Origin: an uncultured delta proteobacterium
GTDB taxonomy: Bacteria; Myxococcota_A; Polyangia; Polyangiales; Houyiibacteriaceae
Assembly: GCA_963699755.1 (NCBI GenBank)
Contig: CAVOVB010000001.1
Coordinates: forward strand, 1,152,001-1,216,000
Reading direction: 5' to 3'
DNA: 64,000 nt
The translations under genes and the position numbers were made by a program. Positions 8,858 to 18,167 of the stretch are shown one piece after another. The notes under the pieces are model-generated. The model ran no database searches and was not told where the DNA came from. It saw only the letters and a program-made list of their open reading frames with translations. Within the stretch, counting starts at the first letter, position 1; every line of letters starts with the position of its first letter.

Positions 8858-11581
8858 CTAATTGGCGAGGCGAGCCTTGGCCGCCCGGTTCTGTGGGTCG
8901 ATCGACAGGGCCTTTCGCCAGGCTTTGCGGGCCGCTTCATGGTCGCCTCCGAGCTCGAGCGCATCGCCATACAGCAGATGGTATGGGGCCCGACGCGGCC
9001 GCTTACCGACCGCTTTCTCCGCCCATTTCATCGCACGCTCCGGGTCGCGTTTCGCCACGAATAATGTGGCATAGCCCGCCATTGCTTGCGGGTTCTTCGG
9101 GTCTAGCTCCCAAGCGCGATCGAGAGTCGCTTCGGCCAGGCGAAGCTCGCCGCCGCGGATCAAGGGCAGCGCGCGATGGACGAGCACGTCCGAGGCCTTC
9201 GATGGATCGCGGGGCAGATTCTGAGTCGGGATCGCGAGGGTTGCCGATTCGCCTGGAGGCCGTCTGTATGCAGGCTCCCGCTTGAGCTCGGGTTTGGGCT
9301 CCGGTTTGGGCTCGGGTTCGGGCTCGACTCCGTCCTTCGGAACCTTTGCTTCGGCCTGCGCTGCTTCCTCGAGCTCGACCTCATCAAACGCCATGGCCAC
9401 TGCTTCGCTCCCGGGCTCTTCGACGGGTTCGACATCGTTGCGCGGGCCGGTGATGAGACCCTTCGGGCCTTCTGGCTCCGGCGCGGTTTCGACCGACTCA
9501 GATCTGCCGGAGTCGCGTCCTACCCAGTACTGCCAGCCGAGCACGCCGACACCCGCGATCAAGACGGTCAGAAGCAGCGCCTGGATCCACGCTGGTAGGC
9601 CGCCAGACGCCGGAGCCGGAGCCACGATCGTGGAGCCTTCCAGTTTTCGAGCGAGCTCTGGCGCGAAGAGAGACTCGGCGCCGGGCACGGGTGCGCTCGG
9701 CGGCTTTCTGCTCGCGGCCGGAGGAAGCTGTGGTGGAGCGGGATGGCGCGGCGCCGGGACCGTCTTCTGCTCGTCGAGCACTTCCTGGGGGAGCATCTCG
9801 AATGCCGGCGCCAAGCCAACCTCGGTCGCTTTGGGCTTTCGCGGCCTCTCGCGTGCATGTTCGACGCGGCGGGGGTCTTCATGGCTCTCTCGCAGCCCGC
9901 GGGCGACAGGCACCGTTTGCGGCCGGGTCTCGATCCGACCCAGCATGCGCCCGAGCCTGTTCGTCGGTGACTCTTCGCCGGGAAACGCCTGAGGCTGCCG
10001 TCCACCAACTGCGGCCTGCAGGTGCGCGAAGCGCCGGGGGGCGATCGTGCGCGAGTCCTCGAGCGAGTAGGGCATTGCCGCCCCGGGTGGCTCGGTCGCG
10101 TGTTCCTCGGCTTCGGGCACGGCCGGGGGAATGGTTGCGGCATTGACCTCGACGCCGATGTCTCCGTCCGCAAAGCCGAGTTGGTGTGAAACCACGCCGA
10201 GCGCTTCGTCGACCGGCATCATGATGTTGGCGACCGAAGGCAGATCTTGTTCGCGCACCGATATGCGGCCGGAGTTCAGACCCCAGATAGCCAGAAGCGC
10301 CGGCATGCCCTGGAGCGTTTGTTTCGTGCCTTCGTGCAGCGTGGCGTAGGCTCCGACAATCGAGTTGTCTGCGATGTCGACCTCGATGTTCCGTTTACCG
10401 CCGCTGATCGAAACCCGACGAACGCCCGGCACCGAACCGAGCGCACGGAGCAGGCGCCCCGGGCCGATCAGCTCGAGCCTCGTGTCGAAGTCGACTTCAT
10501 CCGCCGCCCGGCGCGCCTGCTCGGCGTCCTGGTCGATCATCGGGAGAAGTCGGGCTGCAAGCTGCGGGAGGTCCGGCTCTGCATCCGATGCTGAGGTCGG
10601 CCAGAAGTCTTCCCAGCGGACGACCAGCATCGATGTCCAGCGAAGCTGGGGGTCCTTTCGCATCGCCCGCACGAAGTCGACCCCATTGCCGCCGACGGCG
10701 TTCGAGTCCAAGACGACGACCTGTGGATCGACTTCGCGAATCCTCGGGATGACCCACGTGGAGAAGTCAGCCGCGGCGATCTGGACCCCCCGCGAGCTCA
10801 GCACCGTCGCGAGCTTTTCGGCACGGAGCTGGTCGGAATCGAGGACGACGATCCGCGCCCCCTTCAGCAGAGCCAGGTCAACCTGTTTAGAGGGCGCAGC
10901 CAGGGGCTTAGAGGGCGCAGCCACGGGCAGCGTAGAGAGCCGCCCCCCCGTCGTTTCGTGGAACTCGTACTCGAGCGGTTTTCCCTCGGCCACGGCGTCA
11001 TGCAGGAGGTCTAGAATCTGCTGCGTGCGGTGCGCCGACCCGCGTTCGGTCTCGATGACGACGGGCATGCCGTCGAGCACTCCTTCCGGAGAGCGAATGC
11101 TCAGGATGCCGGTTTTGGTTTCGTCGGAGACGAGATCGAGCAACTCCTGAAGATTGTTCTCGTCCAAGGCACCGGTGACGAAACCTGGGCGCCCTGGAAC
11201 CTCATCGGCGAGCTCCGCCAGCCTGCGCGCGATGCTGTCCGCGCCGGCGCCGCGCGGAACGATCGCGACGGCACCCGATCGGAAGTCCTCCGCGTCGTCC
11301 TTGAGTACCGCGTCATTCGAGACCACGGCGATCGGCAGCACGTCGGTCGCCCGATTCGTCGCCATGCGTTGTATGACACGCTCGCCTCCTCGGATGGCGG
11401 CATCGCCAATGAGCACGACCATGTCCGGTGCATACACGCGAACTGCTTGCTCGAGCTCCGCCGTTGCGGACGCGGCGACGGAAATCCCATGGCGCCGAAG
11501 CGCTTCCCCCAACGCTGTCTGCATCGGCTCGCCCTGGCCCACCATCAAGACCGTGGGCCGGTGCTCCTGATCCGGCATCAT
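8858..11581 (-). CDS. Bitopic membrane signalling protein: atypical receiver / DUF4388-like x2, Pro-rich linker, TM, C-terminal TPR
   Basis: Receiver-like folds (TVLMVGQGE...PDMVVLIGD; RIVVLDSD...DPQVVVLD); DUF4388-like GALDENNLQELLDLV...TGILSI; TM IQALLLTVLIAGVGVLGWQYW; TPR AARKAWRKALSIDPQN. Confidence 0.7.
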   Translation of the reverse strand: MMPDQEHRPTVLMVGQGEPMQTALGEALRRHGISVAASATAELEQAVRVYAPDMVVLIGDAAIRGGERVIQRMATNRATDVLPIAVVSNDAVLKDDAEDFRSGAVAIVPRGAGADSIARRLAELADEVPGRPGFVTGALDENNLQELLDLVSDETKTGILSIRSPEGVLDGMPVVIETERGSAHRTQQILDLLHDAVAEGKPLEYEFHETTGGRLSTLPVAAPSKPLAAPSKQVDLALLKGARIVVLDSDQLRAEKLATVLSSRGVQIAAADFSTWVIPRIREVDPQVVVLDSNAVGGNGVDFVRAMRKDPQLRWTSMLVVRWEDFWPTSASDAEPDLPQLAARLLPMIDQDAEQARRAADEVDFDTRLELIGPGRLLRALGSVPGVRRVSISGGKRNIEVDIADNSIVGAYATLHEGTKQTLQGMPALLAIWGLNSGRISVREQDLPSVANIMMPVDEALGVVSHQLGFADGDIGVEVNAATIPPAVPEAEEHATEPPGAAMPYSLEDSRTIAPRRFAHLQAAVGGRQPQAFPGEESPTNRLGRMLGRIETRPQTVPVARGLRESHEDPRRVEHARERPRKPKATEVGLAPAFEMLPQEVLDEQKTVPAPRHPAPPQLPPAASRKPPSAPVPGAESLFAPELARKLEGSTIVAPAPASGGLPAWIQALLLTVLIAGVGVLGWQYWVGRDSGRSESVETAPEPEGPKGLITGPRNDVEPVEEPGSEAVAMAFDEVELEEAAQAEAKVPKDGVEPEPEPKPEPKPELKREPAYRRPPGESATLAIPTQNLPRDPSKASDVLVHRALPLIRGGELRLAEATLDRAWELDPKNPQAMAGYATLFVAKRDPERAMKWAEKAVGKRPRRAPYHLLYGDALELGGDHEAARKAWRKALSIDPQNRAAKARLAN
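9287..9327 (-). repeat. Low-complexity PEPEPKPEPKPE-coding repeat
   Basis: ctcgggtttgggctccggtttgggctcgggttcgggctcg, 6/12-bp periodicity. Confidence 0.6.
10887..10923. repeat. 21-bp-period tandem duplication within CDS
   Basis: ttagagggcgcagcca at 10887 and 10908; encodes VAAPSKP-LAAPSKQ. Confidence 0.8.
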
Positions 11582-11616
11582 TTGGATGGTGGCTGATTAT
11601 CGAGCATTTCGCCAGC

Positions 11617-11644
11617 TTGAGGTGATCGGATCCTTCGCTATGAT
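11617..11644 (+). promoter_or_regulatory. Putative sigma70-type promoter of the SCP2 gene
   Basis: TTGAGG-16 bp-TATGAT, ending 9 nt before ATG 11654. Confidence 0.4.
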
Positions 11645-11653
11645 CGGAGCCAC

Positions 11654-12289
11654 ATGAGCAGTACAGCAATCGAGTTCCTTCGGGAGAGCTTTCCAAAGCT
11701 CTTTGACAGAGGGGTGAAGGTCCTTCAGAGCCGCGCCGCCGAAGGAGACGAGCGTGCCCAGCGTGTTCTCGATGACGTGAGAGGCGTCAGCGGTGCGGCG
11801 AGTCTTCAGATCGACGACCAACCGCCGGTCGTGCTCTCCGCCAAGGAGGGTGTGATGAGCTCGGGAAGCACCCCGGCAGAAGGGGTTCCCATCAAGATCG
11901 CGGCGGCGCTTCCAGGTGACGCGGCGCGCCTGTTGCTCGGGGAGGCCTCGAAATCCGGTGCCCTCGACGATGATGAGGTCGCCATTGGCGCCGCCCAGAC
12001 CGCTTCCAAACGGTTCGAGGACGCGCTGGCAGGGCGGCCCCTCACCTGTCATGTCACCCTCAGGGGCGTTCCAGAGCTCGGTGACATCCAGGTTCGGCTT
12101 GGATTCAACGTGTCCGAGCCCCCCGTGGAGCCCGGCTTCACGACCGAGCTTCAGTTTTCGGATCTAGAGCTCGTCCAACGTGGAGAGCTCACGGCTCAGG
12201 ACCTATTTTTGGGTGGGAAGCTCAAGATGGAGGGGGATTACTCACTCGCGCTCCAGCTTGCGATGCAGTTGCTCACCAACCCCCTCTGA
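11654..12289 (+). CDS. SCP2 sterol/lipid-binding domain protein
   Basis: C-terminal GELTAQDLFLGGKLKMEGDYSLALQL is typical of SCP2. Confidence 0.75.
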   Translation: MSSTAIEFLRESFPKLFDRGVKVLQSRAAEGDERAQRVLDDVRGVSGAASLQIDDQPPVVLSAKEGVMSSGSTPAEGVPIKIAAALPGDAARLLLGEASKSGALDDDEVAIGAAQTASKRFEDALAGRPLTCHVTLRGVPELGDIQVRLGFNVSEPPVEPGFTTELQFSDLELVQRGELTAQDLFLGGKLKMEGDYSLALQLAMQLLTNPL

Positions 12290-12393
12290 ACGGACGATCC
12301 CTAGTCGTGCGGCCAACTGGTCGGCCGCCCAGGCGGGGTAACTTGCCGCTCGCTCCCCGGGTTCGATACCCTGAACTTTGGTAACGGGGGGTT

Positions 12394-13923
12394 ATGTTTC
12401 GGGCAATCGCCAAGAGTCGCTATCTAGTGCCGGGCTTCATGTGCTTCGCGCTCGCCTTCATCGTGGGGCCGGTCGGGGTTGCCACGGGTGCACTGGCGGG
12501 CGCCCAGGCAGCATCCATCGCAGGCGTCATCGCTGCGGCTCTCGGATTCTGTGGGCTCTTGGTCATCGCATCGGGCCTGCCTCCTTCGATCGAAGTCGAA
12601 GCGGTCGACTTGCAGCTGCGGTCGATCTATCGGGAAATCGAAGAAGTCGAGGGCGTGATCGGCGACAACGTCAGGGAGCTATCGAGCGGTCTCGGAGAGC
12701 AGATGGTTGCCGTCGAGGAGACCGCCCGTTCGATCAAATCGATGGCGATCTCCTTACAGGCGATCAGCGATCGGGTTGAAGCCTTGTCGTCGAGCACCGA
12801 AGATAGCGCCTCGAGCATCCTACAAATGACGGCGACGAATCACGAGGTCGCAGAGAACATGAGCACCCTCGGGTCGAGCGTCCGTGAAACGGCATCGTCC
12901 ATCGAAGAGATGACGTACAGCATCAAGGAAGTCGCACGGAACGTCGATGCGCTCGCGCAGACGGCCGAAGAGACATCTTCCTCGATGAATGAAATGGACG
13001 TGTCGATCGATCAGGTTCAGTCGAACGCCAACGAGACGGCGCGCCTTTCGGCCGAGGTCGCAAGCGACGCGGAGACCGGAGCGGAATCGATTCTCAAAAT
13101 CACCGACGAGATCAGTCGAATCAAGTCGTCTTCGCTCGAGGCGGTGACTGCAATTTCCAATCTGGGCGGCCGGATCGAGGCGATCGGCGACATTCTCAAC
13201 GTCATCGACGATGTGGCCGAGCAAACGAATTTGCTCGCGTTGAACGCTGCGATCATCGCTGCACAAGCTGGCGAGCACGGCAAGGGATTTGCCGTCGTTG
13301 CGGACGAGATCAAAGAGCTGGCGGAGCGCGCAGGCGCGTCCACCAAGGAGATCTCCGAGCTGATCAAGACGATTCAGGAAGAGACGAAAAACGCGATCGA
13401 AGCGGTCGAACGCGGTGCGAGCACGGTCGATCGCGGCGTGACGGTGAGCGCTGAAGCGGAGCGTGCGCTCAAGAAGATCCTCGAGTCCTCGAAGCAATCG
13501 ACTACGATGGTGCGTGGAATTGCCCGAGCAACCGTCGAGCAGGCCAGGGGATCGAAGCAGGTGACCGATGCGATTGGACGTATCGCCGAGACGGTCCAGC
13601 AAATCGCTGCTGCAACGGCGGAACAGGCGCGCGGCTCGGAGCTGATCATGAAGAGCGCCGACAATATGCGTTTGATCACTCAGCAGATGGAACGAAGCAG
13701 CCAAGAGCAGGCCGAAGGCGGCCGTCAGATGAGCGGCTCCATCGAGAACATCTCGGACATGGTCATTCAGCTCCACCAGTCTCATCGAAAACACTCGGAA
13801 AGCTCCGAGCAGACCTTGGCGGCGGCCAACCGCATCCAGGAGCTGACGCGCGACTACGAGAATCGTGTCCGTTCGATGCATCGGGCGGTCGAGCGCCTCC
13901 GCCAGATACGATTCGGGTCGTGA
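12394..13923 (+). CDS. Methyl-accepting chemotaxis protein without periplasmic sensor domain
   Basis: Hairpin tip [34 protein letters not shown]; two closely spaced N-terminal hydrophobic segments; long heptad region with several EE/QE pairs. Confidence 0.92.
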   Translation: MFRAIAKSRYLVPGFMCFALAFIVGPVGVATGALAGAQAASIAGVIAAALGFCGLLVIASGLPPSIEVEAVDLQLRSIYREIEEVEGVIGDNVRELSSGLGEQMVAVEETARSIKSMAISLQAISDRVEALSSSTEDSASSILQMTATNHEVAENMSTLGSSVRETASSIEEMTYSIKEVARNVDALAQTAEETSSSMNEMDVSIDQVQSNANETARLSAEVASDAETGAESILKITDEISRIKSSSLEAVTAISNLGGRIEAIGDILNVIDDVAEQTNLLALNAAIIAAQAGEHGKGFAVVADEIKELAERAGASTKEISELIKTIQEETKNAIEAVERGASTVDRGVTVSAEAERALKKILESSKQSTTMVRGIARATVEQARGSKQVTDAIGRIAETVQQIAAATAEQARGSELIMKSADNMRLITQQMERSSQEQAEGGRQMSGSIENISDMVIQLHQSHRKHSESSEQTLAAANRIQELTRDYENRVRSMHRAVERLRQIRFGS

Positions 13924-14052
13924 CGTCTGCCAGTTCAGAACGGTGGTTTCGGGGACCGACCACTGGTCACGTTCGCTCGACCCCGCTGGGCCCTCGTCGG
14001 CACCGCCTGCCTCTGGTTGCCTCTCTCAGGCGAGGATTCATCTTAGGGACGC

Positions 14053-14475
14053 ATGTTTGGCATCGGCCCCACTGAGCTCGCCTTGTTTCTGGTGATCGTC
14101 CTGTTGGCAGTAGGGCCTGACAAGTTGCCCGCGTTCATGCGCACTGTCGGCAAGGGGCTCCGGCAGGTGCGTAACGCCAGCCGCGAATTCAAAGAGGCGA
14201 TTGGGCTCGATGAGCTCATGCGCGAAGGCGATCCCTTCCGGGCTCCGCCGCTTCGACCGCCCATCGCGCGGCCCGTTCCGGTTCCGAAAGAGATCGCGGA
14301 GTCGGCACCGCCCGATTCTGCCGAAGCGCCCAGCGCTCCGAGCCCCGCGAGCCCTCCAAGTCTTCCGATTCCGCCTGGAGCGACCTCGGCTCCGCCGGCT
14401 TCGCCTTCTGATCCAGCCGATGCGCCTGAGCCTGTCGCCGGCGAGAACGACCCGGCCGAGGCGAAGCGTCCATGA
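14053..14475 (+). CDS. tatB: Twin-arginine translocase subunit TatB
   Basis: MFGIGPTEL...VGPDKLP; Pro-rich tail; directly upstream of tatC. Confidence 0.85.
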   Translation: MFGIGPTELALFLVIVLLAVGPDKLPAFMRTVGKGLRQVRNASREFKEAIGLDELMREGDPFRAPPLRPPIARPVPVPKEIAESAPPDSAEAPSAPSPASPPSLPIPPGATSAPPASPSDPADAPEPVAGENDPAEAKRP

Positions 14476-15272
14476 CCTCGACGGAGATCCAGATCCCGGA
14501 GCCAGAGTCCCCGACTGGCGCCGACGGGGATGCGGAGATGACCTTCTTCGAGCATCTCGGCGAGCTCCGCTCCCGCTTGCTGAGGGCCATCCTCGGTTTG
14601 GTACCTGCCGTCGCGGTGGGCTGGGTCTTCAAGAAGGAGATCAAAGACTTCCTCGTCGCGCCCCTTCAGCCTGCCTGGGAGAAGCTCAACCTACCCGGCG
14701 AGGCCGTGCTGCGATTCTCCGGTCCGGCAGACGCCTTCATGATGTACATGCAGAACTCGCTCATCGCGGGCGTGCTACTCGCCTCGCCGTGGATCTTCTG
14801 GCAGCTTTGGATGTTCATCGCGCCGGGGCTCTACAAGAAGGAAAAGGCGATGGCGGTGCCGTTCATCGTCTTTTCGACGCTCTGCTTCACGGGCGGTGCG
14901 ATCTTTGGTTACAAGCTCGTGTTCCCCCAGGCGTTCACCGTCTTGCTCGGCTTCAGCGACGAAACCCTGGTCGCGACACTCTTCGTCAAAGACTACATGC
15001 CTTTCTTCCGCCGGATGCTCCTTGCCTTCGGCGTCGTTTTCGAGGTGCCAGTCATCGTCGCGTTTCTCGCTGGCGCGGGCATCGTGACCTGGCAGGAGCT
15101 CCTCAAGTTCTCACGCTGGTGGATCGTGTGCGCTTCGGTCATTTCGATGCTGCTCACGCCGCAGGACGTCTACTCGATGGTGATGATGCTGGTCCCCCTG
15201 ATTGCCCTCTACTTCGTCGGCGTCTTCATTGCATACCTGCTCAGCATATTCAGCAAGGACAAGAGCCCCTAG
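14472..15272 (+). CDS. tatC: Twin-arginine translocase subunit TatC
   Basis: MTFFEHLGELRSRL, QLWMFIAPGLYKKEK, FEVP, LTPQD. Confidence 0.95.
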   Translation: MTSTEIQIPEPESPTGADGDAEMTFFEHLGELRSRLLRAILGLVPAVAVGWVFKKEIKDFLVAPLQPAWEKLNLPGEAVLRFSGPADAFMMYMQNSLIAGVLLASPWIFWQLWMFIAPGLYKKEKAMAVPFIVFSTLCFTGGAIFGYKLVFPQAFTVLLGFSDETLVATLFVKDYMPFFRRMLLAFGVVFEVPVIVAFLAGAGIVTWQELLKFSRWWIVCASVISMLLTPQDVYSMVMMLVPLIALYFVGVFIAYLLSIFSKDKSP

Positions 15273-16111
15273 CCCCGCTCGGGCACCGGATAAGGGGGGT
15301 ACTTGGGCACGTCGTCCGGTAGAAACCACTGCTCGCCCCAGATGCTCGCGCCGCCGTCGATGTAGAAGGTCTGACCAGCGACGAAATCGGCGTAGCGCGA
15401 CGCGAGGTAGGTGATGAGGTGCGACACCTCCTCCGCCGTGCCGAGCCGCTTCAAGGGGTTCGCTCTTTCGGCGTTCTGGAGGAGCTCTGGCGGGTACTGC
15501 TTCGTGCCGCTGGTGACGATCACGCCGGGCGCAACCGCGTTCACCCGAATGCCATGAAGCGCCCATTCGACCGCAAGCGTCTTGGTCATGTTGTCCACGC
15601 CCGCCCGGGCCGCTCCGGTGTGCACCATGCCTGGAAAGCCGCGGATGATCTGAGCGATGACGTTGACGATTCGGCCCCGCTTCTGCGGAATCATCGCCTT
15701 GTTGGCCACCGCGTGCGTCATGGTCCAGGTCCCGATCAGATTGTTGCGCACGACCGCTTCGAAGCCTTTGGGAGAGAGCGCCTCCGCAGTCGTCGGGAAC
15801 TGACCGCCTGCGTTGTTGATCAGCACGTCGATTCGACCGAAGCGGTCGATCACCGAATCCACATAGGCGGCAATCGCCTCGGGCTCTCGAATGTCACAGG
15901 GAGCGCCAAACGCTTCGATGCCCTTGGACGCGAGCTCGGCCAGGGCTCTTTGCAAAGGCTCCGGACGCCTCCCGCAGATCGCCAGCTTGGCTCCTAGGAG
16001 ACCCATCTCGGTGGCAGCAGCCAGACCGATCCCGGTGCCACCACCAGTGATGAGAACGACTTCGTCGGTAAACAATCCATCCACGTACAGCTGATCCATG
16101 TCGCGCCTCAT
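15269..16111 (-). CDS. SDR oxidoreductase (trans-2-enoyl-CoA/2,4-dienoyl-CoA reductase-like)
   Basis: TGGGTGIG, NNAGGQF, HTGAARAG in place of YxxxK. Confidence 0.88.
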   Translation of the reverse strand: MRRDMDQLYVDGLFTDEVVLITGGGTGIGLAAATEMGLLGAKLAICGRRPEPLQRALAELASKGIEAFGAPCDIREPEAIAAYVDSVIDRFGRIDVLINNAGGQFPTTAEALSPKGFEAVVRNNLIGTWTMTHAVANKAMIPQKRGRIVNVIAQIIRGFPGMVHTGAARAGVDNMTKTLAVEWALHGIRVNAVAPGVIVTSGTKQYPPELLQNAERANPLKRLGTAEEVSHLITYLASRYADFVAGQTFYIDGGASIWGEQWFLPDDVPKYPPYPVPERG

Positions 16112-16143
16112 ACCATGCAGGGCGTGATCCGACGATCAAAGGC

Positions 16144-16533
16144 TCAGCTTGCCGCGAAGGTCGTGCGATCCCGAGTCAGCGAGGTGATGAGCTCGCGCAA
16201 GTCTTCTGCGAAAAAGGGCTTGGAAAGAGTTGCCTCGACGGCGAGACGACGAGCGATGTCGTTTCGCGCGGTGCTAGCGCTCAGAAGAATGACCGGCACT
16301 CGGCTCTGTCTCCATCGGCGGCGAAACTCGCGCAGGAACATCTCGCCGTCTTCGATGGGGAGCATCAGGTCGACGATCATCAAGTCCGGCAGTTGCACCG
16401 CGCATTGTGCGAGGGCCGAGCGCACGTCCGCGACCATGATGACCACGTGCCCCTCTTGCTCGAGCAGAACTTGGAGCATGCGCCGTACGGAAGGGTCGTC
16501 GTCGAGAACGAGGATCGTCTTCTTCGCGGCCAC
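16144..16533 (-). CDS. Single-domain response regulator
   Basis: LDDD, VDLMLP (phospho-Asp), LSAS, KPF. Confidence 0.88.
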   Translation of the reverse strand: MAAKKTILVLDDDPSVRRMLQVLLEQEGHVVIMVADVRSALAQCAVQLPDLMIVDLMLPIEDGEMFLREFRRRWRQSRVPVILLSASTARNDIARRLAVEATLSKPFFAEDLRELITSLTRDRTTFAAS

Positions 16534-16721
16534 CGTTGCATCCTAACAGGAGCATCGGACATCGCGAATATGCGCTCACCGCCTACATTGGAGCCGCTGG
16601 GCTCACCTCCATGAGTTGGACTACTCCTCTCGGCGCTGTCGCGTTCGTCGTTGCATTGGCGTGCGTTCCGAGCTGAGCAACCCTGTACTGACCGTGTCGG
16701 CCCGGCTTCGCGGGCATGAAG

Positions 16722-17147
16722 TCAGTAGGGTGCCTTGTTCCCGTCCTTAGGTGAGACCTCGACTTCGACGAACTGCGTTCGAAGCTCTACGACCAGCGAG
16801 AGCGAGCCTTCGGCGAGGAACACTTGGCGCCAAATCCGGCCCCGCGCGTCGTTCACTTCGAGGGCATGTCTGGTGCCCGGCGTAACTCCGAACAAGGTAT
16901 TGTCGATCTTCCTGCCGTCGAGGAGAACCTCCGCACCTGCTGGGACACCGAGCAACTCCACGGTTGCCATTGAGCGTCCCGCCCCTGGCGCACCGCTTGG
17001 CCCAACGCCGGGCTCTCTCTCGAGCAGAGCCCAAGCGATCGCCACCAGGACGGCCAGGACGGCGAACGCCATCATCCAGCGGCTGTCCAGCACGCGCCCG
17101 ACGTTCTGCAGAGGAGTGCTGTTTTCGTCTTTCTCGGAGTCCGGCAT
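16722..17147 (-). CDS. Small single-pass membrane protein with PEGA-like domain
   Basis: TM WMMAFAVLAVLVAIAWALL followed by PAGAEVLLDG...PGTRHALEV; start moved to ATG 17147. Confidence 0.55.
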   Translation of the reverse strand: MPDSEKDENSTPLQNVGRVLDSRWMMAFAVLAVLVAIAWALLEREPGVGPSGAPGAGRSMATVELLGVPAGAEVLLDGRKIDNTLFGVTPGTRHALEVNDARGRIWRQVFLAEGSLSLVVELRTQFVEVEVSPKDGNKAPY

Positions 17148-17243
17148 CGCTGTCTTGCCTGCCACGGCTTTCTGCCGTGCGCGATTGGGTTCCCATTGTA
17201 GGATGCCCGCACCGTCTCCGTCACGTTCTCGGATGGATTCAGC

Positions 17244-18167
17244 ATGACGACAGCAATTCTCGAAGCGCGCGGTCTGACCAAGAGCTACGGCCAGCGCCTG
17301 GTGGTCGATCACCTCGACCTGAGCTGCCACCGGGGCACGGTCCTCGGCCTCCTCGGCCCGAATGGGGCGGGAAAGACGACGACGCTCCGCATGCTCTACG
17401 GCTTCGTTCCTTCCGATGAAGGCACGATCCACTACGCCGGCAAGCGGTTTTCGGAGCATCGAGCCGAATCCAAGCGCATGATCGGCGTTTGTACCCAGGA
17501 TGATTCGCTCGATTATGATTTCACGGTTGCGCAGAATCTCCTGATCTACGCGAGCTACTTCCGCCCGCGGGTCGAAGATCTCCAAAGTCGCGTCGGAGAT
17601 CTCCTCGAGCGCTTCGAGCTCGCCCCGTATGCAGACGCTTCGCCTCAGGTCCTCTCGGGGGGCTTCATTCGAAGGCTCCTGATCGCCCGTTCGATCGTGC
17701 ACAGGCCGAGCATCCTTTTCCTAGACGAGCCGACGACCGGCCTGGACCCAAGCGCGCGCCTCGACGTCTGGGAGCTGATCGACGGGATGCGGGCCGAGGG
17801 CTTGGCCGTCGTGCTCACGACGCACTACATGGACGAAGCGGAGCGATTGAGCGACGAGCTGCTCGTCATTCACCAAGGCCGGAGCCTCATCCACGGCGAG
17901 CCGCATCGCGTGATCGATGCTGTGCTCGGCGACCACGTCATCATCGTGCCTCGCGTGGAGCCCGCGCGCGAAGAGATAGCCGCATGGCTACGAGAACGAG
18001 GCGCACAAGAGGTGGCGACGGTTCTAGGAGAGCTTCGGGTACCCGTGAGCAAAGACGACTTGGTGGCCCTCACCGCTCGTTTCGGCGAGGCCACTTGGCA
18101 GGTGCGCCCACCCAACCTCGATGACCTCTTCATCGCGCTCGCCCGGCGCAACGGGAGGTCGCAGTGA
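17244..18167 (+). CDS. ABC-2 exporter ATP-binding subunit (NodI/DrrA-like)
   Basis: GPNGAGKTT, LSGG, LFLDEPTTGLDP, TTHYMDEAERL. Confidence 0.9.
   Translation: MTTAILEARGLTKSYGQRLVVDHLDLSCHRGTVLGLLGPNGAGKTTTLRMLYGFVPSDEGTIHYAGKRFSEHRAESKRMIGVCTQDDSLDYDFTVAQNLLIYASYFRPRVEDLQSRVGDLLERFELAPYADASPQVLSGGFIRRLLIARSIVHRPSILFLDEPTTGLDPSARLDVWELIDGMRAEGLAVVLTTHYMDEAERLSDELLVIHQGRSLIHGEPHRVIDAVLGDHVIIVPRVEPAREEIAAWLRERGAQEVATVLGELRVPVSKDDLVALTARFGEATWQVRPPNLDDLFIALARRNGRSQ

Noticed and set aside
12350..12375. GGTTCGA T-arm-like motif suggesting a tRNA
   Set aside because: No acceptor stem, D-arm or anticodon arm can be built, and there is no CCA
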